Assembly (NCBI RefSeq): GCF_000181795.1
Contig: NW_003526941.1
Coordinates: 8,046,583 to 8,104,485, forward strand
Length of the DNA stretch: 57,903 nt
Direction of reading: 5' to 3'
Origin: Trichinella spiralis
Lineage: Eukaryota
Shown here one piece after another: positions 12,869 to 26,880 of the stretch. A program made the position numbers and the translations under genes. A model generated the notes under the pieces. That model saw only the letters and a list, made by a program, of their open reading frames with translations. It did not search any database and was not told the DNA's origin. Position 1 is the first letter of the stretch; each line of letters starts with the position of its first letter.

Positions 12869-15800
12869 TCACTGCGAAGCGGGAGAAACTGCCACTTTTG
12901 GCCAGGCAATTTTCGCTTCGTGTCGTTTATAAGCAAACATGTGAGGCTTTCCAGCGGCTCGCAATTGTTCCTTTACCATTTCAGGGCACTCGGATGGAAG
13001 AAGGCAAGTTTCTGAAGCAAAAATAATTCCACATAATTAAATATTAAAAATTCATGTTTTTCTATTATATTGAATAAATAGAAATAAATTTTTTTTCCTA
13101 ACCAAATCCATCAACCAATAAATAGATGCCATGATCTTCTGGATTAGTGATACCAAATTTGTGAGCAATCATCCGACCTATAAAGAAAAAAACAACAACA
13201 ATAAAAGCTGCTTTCGATTTAAAAATTAAATCAATAAACAACAACAGAAATGAAATTACATAATTTTGCAGCAGAAATTTGTGGCAAAGCTGGAAAACAA
13301 TGATTGTGTATGGCACCGCTGACTTCATCCGGAATAGCAACGCGTAAAAATGCGCCCGCTGTTTCGATACTCTAAAAAAATAAATGTACAGATAATTTTT
13401 ATGATAAAACGTAAAAATAGTGATAAAATTTTTACTTCGATGGCAAAAGGACAATTATCGTGAAGCTTTGGCAATAAATCGATATGCTTGAGAACATGCA
13501 CAGCAGACGACAAAGCGGTCAAATAATAGGACGCTTCGCCGAACAACAAAGCCGGATGCAGAAGACCCCAAATGTAATCTGCTTCAATTTCGCAGCCAAC
13601 CACTGAACATCTCGACAAAAGGTAGACCAACAACCGGACAAGTTCTAAAAATGAAAAAAAAGATGAATCATTATTGATTTAAAATTTGAAATCAAAACCA
13701 CCACAATTCAAAAAAACAAAGAAAAAATGCTGACCGTCAGCAGCGGGTAATTCCAACGTGGCGTTGCTGCTATTCGTCGTCTCATAGACAGATCCGCTTC
13801 CTTTGTAAACAACTGAAACAGCACTGAGCAGATATTCCAACTTTTTCAAAGGCGAATAATGATGCTGCATGCTGCGTAATCGACTGCGAACTTTGTCCAT
13901 TTTTGTACCGTCGCATTTATCCTCCTACAACGATTTTGATAAATAAATAATACACACACACATATATATATGACAAAACTAACCAGTATGCCCAATTCTT
14001 CAGGAAGTTTTGCTCGAAGAGCCGCCATATTTTCTGAAAACGTTTCCAAAGATCCATTTTTGGAACTTTCTTTCACAAGAATATGATAAATGTGCGATTT
14101 CAGCGGAGCAAGAATAATTTTTTGCAAAACTCCCTCCAAAATTGCATCGATGTTCAAAAATTCATTTGGCTTCAAGTTGGATCTTTCCATTTCGATTAAA
14201 GAGTGAAAAGCTGCTTCGCCTTGTTTCACCAAATAATTTTTCAATCCATTTATAAATTGGCGTACCTTGAAAACAGAATGCAAAAAATTCAATTCAACAA
14301 AAGAAATTATTCTTTTTACATTTCCAAGAACAACATGCGGATCTGTTTCTTGAGCTTCCATGGTACACTTGATGAACGACTGCACTTGTGCACCAATAAA
14401 CGTATCCGAATTACGAGCAAGTCTGAAAAATTTTACATTTGTTTCAAAAATAAATAAATAACTCCACGTACTGGACAACACAATTTTGAATTTTGATTCC
14501 AGAATCTATACGATGACTTCGACGTTTTTGGGTCTTCGCTTTTGCTATAATAATAAAGATAAAAATTTACCACTAGAGTTTAATAATAATAATAATAATA
14601 TTTATTCACTTCCTCTTACCCATGAGACTGTCCGAATCGCAGTCGCTAACTGAGAATGAATTCAGCTGATCTACGAAACGTTCTCGAGCGATCAGTTCCA
14701 GACGACGTGACGAAGAATCACGCGATGAAGACGGTGAATCTGCGCTTCCGCCGCTGACGCTACTCCGAGCTATGCTGGCACCTCCTTCCGATGGAAGTGG
14801 AATACGTCTAGAAAATTCATCCCACGGAGGAGCGAACATAGTCGGGAAGTTGTTGTTCTACAAATTAATTTTCATTAATAAAAAAATTCTTTAATTTAAA
14901 AAAGTGCTAACTTGAAAAGCTCGAATGTGATCAGCGAGAGCTGCATTCTGACTAGCCGGTGAATTGCAAGGGTTCACTTTTGTATAAACTGCCGGTGAAG
15001 AAGGGGCAGTTGGACTGGAATTTGCCATCCGCCATACGGCCGGTTCCATTTGGGTCTTATTCGCATTTTCTTCCGGCTGGTCCATCGATGTGGCTATGGT
15101 CAGTAAATTTTCCCACATACTCGAGTCCCACGGTTCTGAAAACACCGTGCCGGCCATCGATGCTACAGACCTGCTGTCGTCGAGCTCTTCACCGCTGACA
15201 CCACTGACGGTCGATTCTCGCAAAACGCCATAATCGGATTCTCGTTTCGGCGCCGGTTCCACTACTGCCCGACGTCTGGCCACTTCTTTCTGTCGACGTC
15301 GTGGTGTCGGTGCTGCAGAATCTACCACCCTACCAGCTTCTTCTTCTTCTTCTGCCAGTATCGCTTCCAAACTACGACTACGGTGCCGTTCTCGGACAGA
15401 TGCCGCAATTTCCTTTATTGTAGTCAAATTAGAATTGCTTTTGTTCATCGTTACAACACGAAGCGGTGGAGCATTTCCATTGTTATTATTACCATTAGCA
15501 ACATTAGTAGTAGTAGCAGCAGCATCAGTGGTCACCGTAGCAACTGCTGTTACTGGTGGAATTACATTAGTAGTAGTAGTTGCAGTAGCAGCAGTGGCAG
15601 TAGCAACGTTTGTGGCAACATTTCTCGTTGTTATAGCAGTTGGTCGACTGACTGATTCACTACCACCGTTAAGTAATAATTGCCCCTGTCGAGTTTTCAA
15701 TTCACGAAGCAGTTCGACCATTCCACCGCCGGCATCGATCAAACCCGGCGCGGATAACCTTTTCCCCTGTCCATCGCGGTTCCGTTTGGAAACGTGCCTC

Positions 15801-18800
15801 AGTTCGCTGCTCTGTTCATTGGCACGAGGGGTTGCTTTTTTCGACGCACTCAACCTCAACAAACTGTTGCTTGAATTTGCTGCCCGAGCACTGCCGATGT
15901 TCAAACCTGTCGCCGGGCTACTGACAGCCGGCTTTGGCAACGTAGAACGGGTGAGCAAGCGTCGGCTGGTCAACGCCCCACCAATACGACACCGCTTCAA
16001 TTCTTCGACACAACTTCGCAGGCGGCTTGTCGTCGATCCGCCGCTGCTTATTGTGCAGTTGGACAAAAAATTTGGACAGCCGTTCAATTTTGACAACGAG
16101 CTTTGTCCACTTTGAGCACTGGTCTGTCGCCATGGTTCGTGGGTGATGTTGTTCGTCCAGCCAAGATCGGATTTCTCACGTCGAAGCATACCAAAGCCGG
16201 AAGAATTGGATGAACAAGTTCGCAAGCTTGAGCCGAAATTTCGAAACCCCGTCGAACTGTTGTTGTTGGAGGTGCTGCTGCTGCTGCTACTGGGATTGGT
16301 TGGCTTGAACGTGAGCAACTTTTTCCTGGCCAATGTCGGTGTGCCGGTACAGACCGGCTCGTCCGGCTGAAACAGTCCAGCCAGGCGACGTTCAGGCGTT
16401 GCCCTGCACGCGGTACCCCTGGATGCGGACGTGGAACGAGATTCTCGACCAATGACCGGCTGGCGTGTATGCTCGAAGAAGCTTCGAAATTTGAATGGCT
16501 TCCGACCGCACGAGTCGGCTGCGTTGCTGTTCAACAACAGCCGCGAGCCGAACGCATCGGACAAGCTTCCAGAACGAGCTTTCGAAGCCGGCACCAGCTT
16601 GCACCCGGCGCCAACTCTTGCCGCTGTTCCACCACAACTACTGTTGGTCGAAAACACCGGTGTTGCTGCTAATGTTGTTGTTGTTGTTGTTGCTGCTGTT
16701 GTTGTGGTGGTGGTGGTTATTGCTGTGGTCATCGTTGTTAACGCAACTTTTCCTCCTGCCATCGTTTTAGTTGCCGTGTTCTTCGATGATGCCAATGTCT
16801 GCGTTGTACAGCCAGCCTTGGATGGACAACTGGACAACGACAAACTTCGATTGTTACTATTTTCACTCTGTACAACCGCTGGTAGCAGTGCAGCTTTGCG
16901 CACTTTGCCAGAAACAATTTTTCTCCCATCGGATGGAATCAAATCAGCCGTCCAAAATTCTTGACCAAGCAGCGCATAAGAGCACAATTCACGCCTGGTT
17001 TCACATTGCATCACCGTTCGAGGAAGTGTAAGCTTGCATTCCAGCTCTTCACTGTCAGAAGGAAAATCAAAAATCAACATAAATGAATCTCTATCTAAAT
17101 AAGCATATATACCCGTTATCCATGTAGTAAGCTAACAGCAAAGGCAATGCAGCAAAAGTGTTCGGTGACCCTTCGAGTCGCACTCCCACACTGGTCACCT
17201 CGATCAAATAATGCTCAATCGCTTCCTGATCGTCGGCTGAAGACAATTTCACTGTCAACGCCATTGAATTCGGCTGTGTCGAACGACGCACAATGAAATT
17301 CTAGCAAAAAAAATATTCATGTATTGCATGCATTAGCAATGACACAAATGCTAGTAGGCAGGAAAAAAAACAACGCCGGAAGTGCAATGATTCATGCAAC
17401 TGTCGATGCGGTGTGCTGCCTATCCACTTTCTCCCAACACAAAACCACCGGACGTCACAACAATACTCTGCCCAATTGTTCACAATGCAATGGGAATCCT
17501 GTACCCTAGTTTATTCGCAGAGATTGGATTACAAAGTAATTCGCTTCCAACCTTTCTCTACTACTACTACTCCTTTTCTAATCATGCTAAATTAAAATAA
17601 AAATTTGAACAACATGCAAATTTTACAATAAAATTAAATGAAAATAATTTTTATCAACAAGAAAATAAGAAATCAGAAAGAAAATGAACAATAATAATAA
17701 TAATCTCGACTGACCGTGGATAACTTTAACTAAATACATTCGTATTGCATTTACTGAAAAATTTTTAAATAAATGCAACAACCTATTTCAAACTGGTGTA
17801 ACTTATCGCAAAAGAACTGACAAATAATTTCTTCAAGAAAAATAGAGCGCATAACTCATTCAATATAACAAATTAGAACAAAAATGTCCCCTTTGGCCAG
17901 TTTTTAAGCATTCTATCTTCACGTTGGTGCTCAAAATCTGTACCACACTATTAATTTATCCATTTTTCAAAATGAAATGTTTAATAAAGACATCACATAA
18001 TTCAAGTAACACTTGCTCAACAACTACAATACTACTAGTAAGTAGTTGTTGCTAATTTCTTGACAAGCGTTGATTGTATTTGTCATCTTATGGGTTTCAT
18101 TCAGTTTATCGCAAAAAAATTTTTTTAGTAAAGTTTAAATAAATAAATAATTGTAATCAAACAAATAATAATAATTCTTAAAATTAAACAACCAAACAAA
18201 TATTATTTATACTTCAATGTCAGCATATGAAAAAATGTCAATGTTCCAAATCAAACTGCTCATTTGCCCTACAGTGAACTGAGAACTTAAACATCACTTC
18301 TTTCATCATCATCTTCATTATCAGTACACTTCAACAATACAGTAATGCTTTTGAAACTTCACCATTCTTTCTTTCATTTTTTTCACACTTGAAACATTCT
18401 CCCAGTTTGCTTATGTATTTGAAACTTTCCACTTTTTTTTTACAAATTTAAAATTGACAATATAAAAGTTTGAAAAACCGAAATATTGCATCATAAACAA
18501 ATCATCAATCATAAGTCAATAAAATTTTCTAGCTTCATATTTCACTTTCAATCTCACAAAACAGAGTGCGTATTTTCAACCGTTTTTCCTCCCAGTTATT
18601 CTATCCAAAATCAACACATTACATGAAAAAGTGAAAAATGGTGAAGTAGTTTCATCAGTTTCAAAAATTGCATATGGCAATATGTAAAATTTCAGTAGTC
18701 AAAGTTCTGAGATTAAGAAATTAATTTAAAAAAGTTGAAAAGTGATAAAAATAATTCAACATTTTTCACATTTGATGAATTTTGTTACAATAAATGGCAA

Positions 18801-19434
18801 ATTTCTCGTGAAACAGAAATAAAATTAAATAAGCGATGAAAAATAAAAAGCCCGTGTTGAATTTGATTGACAGGCGCAAATGTGCTGTTGTTCAAATGTG
18901 AATTTAGCGTTGAAAAGTGAACAATAATAACACTGGCACCGTCCGGTCAGTGGCTTTGGGCCAACAATAAAATCATAATAATAAAAGTGAAAGAAGAGAG
19001 AATGCAAAAAAAAAGAGAACACAGAAACCAATTTTATGCTGCTGCTGATTGATATAGTTGTTGTCATTTGGAAACGTAATCAGAAAAGAAGAATAAAGCA
19101 AAAGTATGTATATGAATATGAAAAATTAAACAACAACAAAACAACTTACCCCAATGTCACTGTTGCGCAAAAGATGCGAAGCGGCTAGACGGTCGACGTG
19201 GGGCAAATTCCATATTGGATGCGTGCGAACGAGACGCTCCATCGACGAGACGGCGGCCCGCCTCTGTGGACTGGGTCCACTATTCTGCACAGTGCCCGAG
19301 TGACCAGTCGCCGACCCGGATTCGACGGCGGCGGCGAACACGTCGTCATCTTCACCAGTGGCCGATTCCAAAGAGCTCAACGACGACACTGACGATGACG
19401 CCGACACTGGCACTTTGCCAACAACTGCCGCCAT
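12869..19434 (-). CDS. RIN: Ras and Rab interactor / Sprint-like Rab5 GEF (SH2, RIN-homology, VPS9, RA domains)
   Basis: SH2 region: ERLVRTHPIW..., GNFIVRRS, IEHYLIE, FAALPLLLAYY. VPS9 region: YSPLKKLEYLL, AADELVRLLVYLL, LLFGEASYYLTALSSAV. RA region: LCRMIAHKFGITNPEDHGIYLLVDG, FAYKR...IAWP. The true start may lie upstream of 19434. Confidence 0.9.
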
Positions 19435-21330
19435 CGAACTTTCGCAGACAATTACTGAAAATGCAAATGAGTTTCAAAGACAAAAAAAACCACTTGTACT
19501 TGTGTAAACAGAACAACTGTCGTATTGGAGTAAATAAAAGTGACGCTGAACGGAAATCAAGCCGAACAAAACGGCCAAAGCGCATGCTTATACGAAAAGC
19601 ATCCGTCCACCAATTAGCACAAAGCGCGCGCAACAAATTTTCTCTCTTTCGCTTACTCGCTCTGCAATTTCCGGCCGAAATTGAAGAAAAATCAAAATGC
19701 AAAAGCAAACCAACGCCACGACACGAAACACTACTGCCGGCCAGTGAAAAAGCCGCAAACGGGCCAACACTACTACTCGAACTACAACAACGCGCCAGGT
19801 CGATCGAAAACACAAACTCAGGTCACAACACATCAACGCGTCTCAACAGATCAACACCAAAATAGAATAAAATATTAATTATTAATTGTTTAAGGGATAA
19901 ACAAAATAAATTATTGATTTTTCATTTAACAATTTAATTTAAAAAATGCATTTTTATAAGCAAATAAAAAAAAACAAAAAAAACAGTCATCTATTTACCC
20001 AATTCAATGCATTCTCTTGTCTAAATAAGAAGCGGCATAATAACGCGAATTATTATTATTTTTGATTATTTGTAAAAAATTTATATAAAATGAACAAATC
20101 AAACAATCAAAAATCAAAAAGATCAACTGTCAAGGTGAAATTATGATACTAAAAAAGGATATCAAAAAAAAGAAAAGAAAAAATTGCTTACCACTTTTGA
20201 AAATGCATAAAAACCTGCTAGCTGAATTGAGCCGTCAAAATTAGAAAGCATGCCAAAATTCCATGCCAAAATTCCACACCAAAAGCTCATAGCTGAACAA
20301 AGCTTTCTCAATATGGACGATTGTCAGGCAACACATGCTACGGAAACATCGGAATTTAACAGTATTTCGAATAACGATGCACAGGTTCAAAAATCGATTT
20401 CAAAAAATAATAACAGTCATACTTTATCATTTCTGACATCGGTTGAGTAAATATTGATTTTATTAATTTGTATTTGTTGTTATTTTTGTTTTATTAAGTA
20501 ATATATTGCAATTCAAGCATTAATTTACAAATTTAATTTATTAAAACTGAAAAATATGCGTTATTTTTCATTAGCTGTTTTTGTAATGCCATTACTCTTT
20601 TTTCGTCTACATTCCATTGAATGCTTATGTTAATTGAATTGCTTATTTACATTCACTGTGATTCATGCCTCGCGTAACTTTTCATCACGGCTCATCGCAT
20701 TAAGAGAAATTCCAACAAATTGATGCTTATTTTAAAACCAATCAAGTATAGACAAATACTTCAAATTTTACATCAAGACAACATTATGTTAGTGATGAAA
20801 GCAGCCATGAACTTAACAAAAATATTATTAACTGATCAATAAAAGATGTAATAGTTGACATCAAACCTGAACTTTAACTTTTTCAAGGTTTAAGGCGAAA
20901 CCGTTTAATTATTTTGTTTATCAATAAGCGTAACACATAATTATGACAATAAAAAACATTTACGTTAGAGAAATATGTAGGGAAATTATTTTAAACCATA
21001 TAAAGTGAACGGCCAATCAGAATATTCGACATTAGTAAATCATATTCAACAAATATTTCTAATTTAAAATTGAACATTTCATTTCAACTATAAACATGCA
21101 TTCCTTTACATAAAATAAATGAAACTGTTTATGTTCCTGAAAAGGCCATTTAAATATGCTTTGAAAGCAGTTATCCAGAGTATCAGGCATGTTTCTGCTA
21201 CTCAAGAGTGTAAATTATGTAAAATATATATGAAAAAAATGAAATTCAAATAAAAATTTATTCAAAGCATGGGAAATGCTTTATGCTCTCAAACTTTTGA
21301 GGCATTTAGCTCCATAACGCATTCTACTCA

Positions 21331-22672
21331 ATGAAACGGACGCTTTCTTTAACCACTTTCCGGTATACTGTATACTTATAAATATTCTTTTTTAAAATAT
21401 TCGTTAAATATACAATTCTGATAAATGAATTTATGATTTATGTTTCAGTTTTGAAATTATAATTTAATTTTTAACTGACTTTTAATTTTACATCGTACGT
21501 CACTCAAAACTTGAGTTACTTTAAACTACAGTGTATTTAGCAAAACAGTTACTAGGGTGAATTTTGTACTATTACACGCTGATAGCTGTGTATTTGGTTA
21601 GGTTAGCACTGCATTTTTAGAACTGAAATTGTTATCAATTGAATAGATACTGCGAATTAATTGTTAATATGAAAATTCCGCTCCAAGAATTGCTTCTTCT
21701 TGAAAGAACTTCATATTCTGTTCTGTTGAATGGCAAAATTATTTACGATTGGACGTCTCTGAAAGAAGATGATCCTTACGAAGTGCGCGTTAAGTTATGT
21801 GGAGGAAAAGGAGGTATTTTATTGTATCATTGCTCTGAAATTCCGTTTAACATTCAACTACGTTATAGGTTTTGGTTCCTTGCTGCGTTCCTTTGGTTCG
21901 CAGTTTTACAGATCAACAAATCGTGATATGTGCAGAGATTTATCAGGCCGACGATTGAAAAATAAAAAGGATGAAGATCGACTACGTAAATATATTGAAG
22001 TTTTGACAGCACGGAGGAAAATGATGCGCAAGCGTATGGAAGAGCGATATGAGCGATTGAAAAGGGTTCCAACGCATAATTTTGACGATGAACAGTACAG
22101 CAAATCAAAGAGGACTATATTGGAAGAAACAGATAATGCACTTAAAGAAGGTATGCATATTTCAGTTTTGTCTATTCCTGTTAAATGTTTTTCTGATTGT
22201 ATAAAAAAAATTTTTAGGTTTGTCAGCAAAAAATAAAAATGTGAAGAAGGATGTAAAATCTGATGCTGCTGAAATCAACAAGTTAATTTTTTTTTCTAAC
22301 TAAATTATAACTGTCAATTAATTATTGCATTTTATTTTAGTGAAACGGAAAATTCTGTGGCAAAAAATGCAACAAAAAAGGAGAGAAATTCCACTTCTGC
22401 AAGCAAGTTAAGCACAGATATTCGTGGTGGCATGTGGTAAGCAAGGCGATGCATATATCATCCTTGCATGATTATTATCTATTTCGAATTTATAGGATTG
22501 GTGTTGATTTAAGCGAGTATCATTCTGACTCCTCTGATAATGAAATTGCCGATGAAAAGTCAAAGGTATGCTAGTTTTTTATTCTTCCCAGTTACTGACA
22601 TGATAAAAGTGGGAAGTAATGTTTAAATTATTGCATTTATTACATGTTAATGAAATATTTTAGGTTCAATAA
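21331..22672 (+). CDS. SDE2: SDE2 ubiquitin-fold-activated splicing/replication-stress regulator
   Basis: Diagnostic stretch VRVKLCGGKG|GFGSLLRS...TNRDMCRDLSGRRL across an intron. A first exon (MKRTLSLTTFR, from 21331) splices in frame. Confidence 0.88.
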
Positions 22673-23147
22673 ATGTGAACGTTGTCATATGCACGTCTTG
22701 TCAGATTTCATGAAGAATTAGAATATTTGCTGAACAGAAAACTATTGATTTTTATTCTGTTTTATTACATTATAACTATATTATTATTTGTGATGATTAT
22801 TCTTTTTCACCTTGTATATATTTTTGGAATGGAATTTTTTAATAAAATGTTTTTGAAAATCATGTTACCAAATGAAATTGGTATTGTGGTAGTTGATCAT
22901 TTATATATATAATGACATCTTAAACTGTTTTTTTAATATTAATAAATTTCTAATTACATTAACAGAACGCCTTGAACATTGTTACAGTTGACCCTATTTC
23001 AGCCAACGCTGACATGCACATCACAAAAGGTGTACTGTCGACTTGTATAAATTATATTGTCACTAAATTGATAAAAGTGACGGCGTTTTCTTTGCCATAC
23101 GATAACAGTCATTTTTTCTGTAAACTTCGACCATAGTATTTACATAT

Positions 23148-24977
23148 ATGAAGCAAATATTGTTAATTTTGTGTTTTTCTGTTGCCATCAATGCAGCTTC
23201 GAAGTTGTTATACCACATCAATGAAGACAATTGGAAACAGATCCTCAAAGATGAGTGGATGATAGAATTGTGAGTATTTAGATAAATTATTATTTTAAAC
23301 AATATTTATATTTAACTGACAGTACTTTGGAATTATTTTTTTGCGTAATGTGAAGTGTAATTCTATTATTTATATTCAAATATGTTTGTGAAAAGGTTTA
23401 AATTATATTTATGAAAATCTGAAGATGGAAAGTATGAAAATAATTTCAAAACCCCGTGAAGGTATTGTTGATATTTGAAATTGAAATATAATTCTGTAAA
23501 CTGTTTTCAATGTATTTTTTTTATTTTTTTTCTAAAATAATGATTAGAGTTCTATAGAAGTCCGATGACCTTTTAGATGTTGTAGTTGGGTCGTCGGCAT
23601 TGCTCTCTACAGTTTGAGAAAACGTTGAAAAAGTTGACCCGTACCGGATTTTTGTCCTCGACTTCGATGTTGCCATAGGCTAAATAATTCTTTGAAACTC
23701 CGGCACGTCATTTTTAAAATTCGGTCATGCCAACTTCATTTTCCATTTTCAGTTTTGATACTATCATGATATAAATTCTTAAACTAAATTCAACTTTTCA
23801 TTTGAGATCCAATCTACGTCAAGCTTAATCAGTTGAACATTTCCGTATCATTTACAAGCTTGTCATATTTAGAATTTAATGCTGAACATATTTTTGAAAT
23901 GCACTTGATGAGAACATGGTTTTGTAAAAGTAGCTGTTTATCTGTAATTCTTAATTTTTGTTTTATATAAAATGTGAAATTTATTATTATAGTTAAAAAA
24001 ATAGTACTGTTTTATAATTTAGCCATGCGCCGTGGTGTCCAGCTTGCAAGGATCTCAGCAAAGCATGGTCGTCGTTTGCGGAATGGAGCAAAGATTTGAA
24101 AATAAAAGTAGCAGAAGTGGACGTTACGTCTAATCCTGGTAAAGTTGTATCTGTTGAATGTGGAATTGTATCAGAAAAAAAAGCAGCTTAATGTTATTTC
24201 TGTATAGGTCTCAGCGGAAGATTTCTAGTCACCGCTCTGCCAACAATTTTACAGTAAGCGTTTTCCATTTTGCACTTTAGTAAAAGAATTATTTTTACAT
24301 CTTTTTTTCAGTGTCAAAGATGGAATTTTTCGTACTTACACAGGAGCCAGAGATAAAGAAGATTTTGTTTCATTTATCGAAAAGAAAAAGTGGACAATAG
24401 TTGATCCTCTGCCATCATGGAAGCATCCAGACTCTTTTCAGTATGTATTATTTTTAATGCTTTGTTGATATATTGTTTTTTTTTGTTTTTTAGAATGGGA
24501 ATTGTTTCTTTGTTTTTCAAGTTGAGCATGGCAGTTCGAGATTTGCATGTTACATTAATAGAGAAATATGGACTGTCGTCGTGGATGTCGTATTCATTAT
24601 TTGGCTTTATCACGCTGTTTTTGGGTTGCGTGCTGGGATTTGTATAAATTCCTCTTTTTGTGCAGGAATTTTTAATTATTAAATTATGTTGCATTTTATT
24701 TAGGTAATTGTTTTCATAATTGATCGGGTTTTTCCGACGAAACTTCCATCAACGACTACTACGACGACGAAAGTTCAGAAAAAAGGAAAAGCAAAGAATC
24801 GTAAAACCAATGATAATAAAAGCAGTGGTGATTCTGCACCGCACAGTGAAAGTAGATCTTTTTTTAAAAAAATGTATTTCATTTGCAATTTATTATTGAT
24901 TTTTAATATTACTTTCAGGTGAACATCATGCAAACGATGACAATACACGTCGCCGAAAATCAGTCAAAGCTGAATAG
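23148..24977 (+). CDS. TMX1: Thioredoxin-related transmembrane protein TMX1 / dpy-11
   Basis: Signal peptide, then EWMIEFHAPWCPAC, VAEVDVTSNPGLSGRFLVTALPTI.HVKDGIFR.Y.G.R, a TM helix, and a basic RRRK tail. Confidence 0.92.
23521..23750. repeat. Putative interspersed repeat / structured insertion in TMX1 intron 1
   Basis: GC-richer island in an AT-rich ~750-nt intron. It has two stem-loops and a 51-codon antisense ORF (23521-23676). Repeat status is inferred and the boundaries are approximate. Confidence 0.4.
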
Positions 24978-26856
24978 CTGTTTTGTTTGTGGTTATATTT
25001 TTAAAATTTGCATTTTTATCAGTTTTTAATTTGCTCATTATTGCTGATTAGTGAAGTGATATTTTTTTTCTTTTCGTAACTGTTTTACTACTTATAAAAA
25101 ATTTTTTTTATTTTTATTCAATACGTGATGCTATTTTTGTTTGGGTTTTCTGTTTTTCTTTCCTGTTTTATTTCCTTTTATATATTTACGTTTTTGTTCA
25201 TTTTGGTCGTCAGTTCAATAAATGAATATTTCTGTTAATTTTGTCTTTGCAGTTGAAGTAGAAAGAATTAATCATAACTGTAAAACAATTACTTTATAAT
25301 TTTCATAAGAATAACAAAATTAGCTGTACTTGTTAAATTTGATCAAAAAGTAATTTTGAATAGTGAATCAATTTTTGTTTTTTTAGCAAAAAGCTGCTGC
25401 ATAGTTGCGTAAAAAGTTAATTTTAATACTTCAAAGTGGATTTAATTTCAGCAGACATAAGTTTGAATATTATTTGCAATTTTGCTATTTTCTCATTTGA
25501 CTTGAATACCTATTACTGTAATTTACAATATTATGCAGATTGACAGTCAAGCGGGTTTTCGTTTTTACTGATGACCCGTGATATGAGATCTTCCTTCACT
25601 TTTGCTTAGGAAGAAGAAAAAAAGTTGTCATCAACAATTTTCTGGACCAGTTTTCATATGTGGTAAATATGATGCACGATGGTTCTATTTTTCTCTTTTG
25701 GCTTGTTCCAAATTTCTGCTCTTCTATTTTATTAATTTAATTTATTCTCAACCGAGCAATTTATTAATATTTCATATTTTCCATCACTTTGAAGACATTC
25801 ACTGTTCAATATTTGTACTTGATCAATCTGTGTTCTATAGGCCGTGCGTTTTTGCTTTGTTTTCTTTTTCTTGATATTCGAGTAGTTTTCTGATGTGGAA
25901 ATACTTTGAATTGTTATACAAATTTGTTTTGATTTGAAAAAAGAAACTTTTTTGATACTGTAAGTTTTGTTTATATTTGTTCACAAAAATATTGCAGTAA
26001 AGTTAAAAATAAACGCAAATTATTATTTCAGGAACAGTCTAGCTATTGACTAGGTTAAATTGAAATTTTTTTTTTAAAAAGTAACTTTTATTACAAATTT
26101 GTTAGAATATTTTTTCTTACTCTTTTGCTCAAAAAATAATAAATATAATATAAAAGCTCATTTTTTAGTCTCAGTTTATTTGATACATCTCCGAGATGAT
26201 CAACTATTTAGTTATTTTCATTTTTTGTAGTTGTTTAAAAAAAAAACACTTTGACAGTAATATTCTGTTGACGGTAATTGAGTTGAAATTGAGATAATCA
26301 AGTTTGTAAATCATTTTCACTTGTTATTTTCAATGTCTGTATATAATTGAAGAAAAATAATTGTAATTATTACTTTAGTTTGGGGTGAAATTCTTTCGCA
26401 GAGGAGCAATAATTTGGTTTTTTTTTGTTTTGAATTGAAAACCTTTTGTTTTACTGATACATATTTGCATTTGTTTCGAAGTGAAGCAATCAATTTTGAT
26501 GAGATAAATTTTGAAAATGTTGTTTTGTAAAAGATTTTATTTTCTTTTTATTCATCTAATTCATCGAACAATATAATAGTTTTTTTCTAAAATAATGCAC
26601 ATTATTAATTTTTACGTTGTACAATTGTCGGACGCATTAAAAGTTGACCAGCTTGAATGAAGCTTGCATGATCAATTATTTTATCAGCTTGTAATTATTT
26701 GTCATGTAAAACTTGTTTCCTGCATTACCGTTTGCTTTGTTGAATATTAATTAATTATCTTGTAGCATGATGGTTTTTATTTTTTGCAAATTTGAGGAGA
26801 AAAAAAAGCACTTGCTAATTGAATTATAATTGTATCTTTGAAAAGTAACAATTTAA

Positions 26857-26880
26857 TTGAATTGGCCATGGCCAATTCAA
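26857..26880. promoter_or_regulatory. Perfect 24-bp palindrome with inverted CCAAT boxes
   Basis: TTGAATTGGCCATGGCCAATTCAA equals its own reverse complement. It lies ~385 bp upstream of the galectin ATG. The regulatory role is inferred. Confidence 0.5.

Noticed and set aside
14959..17031. Many long plus-strand ORFs (e.g. 226 aa, 177 aa)
   Set aside because: They are antisense shadows of the GC-rich, repeat-laden RIN exon, with no independent motifs.
19215..19878. 216-aa plus-strand ORF and overlapping ORFs
   Set aside because: They are antisense to the RIN first exon and GC-rich leader, with no recognisable domain.
20249..20276. 13-bp tandem duplication CATGCCAAAATTC x2
   Set aside because: Only two units and no spacers. 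This is simple slippage, not an array.
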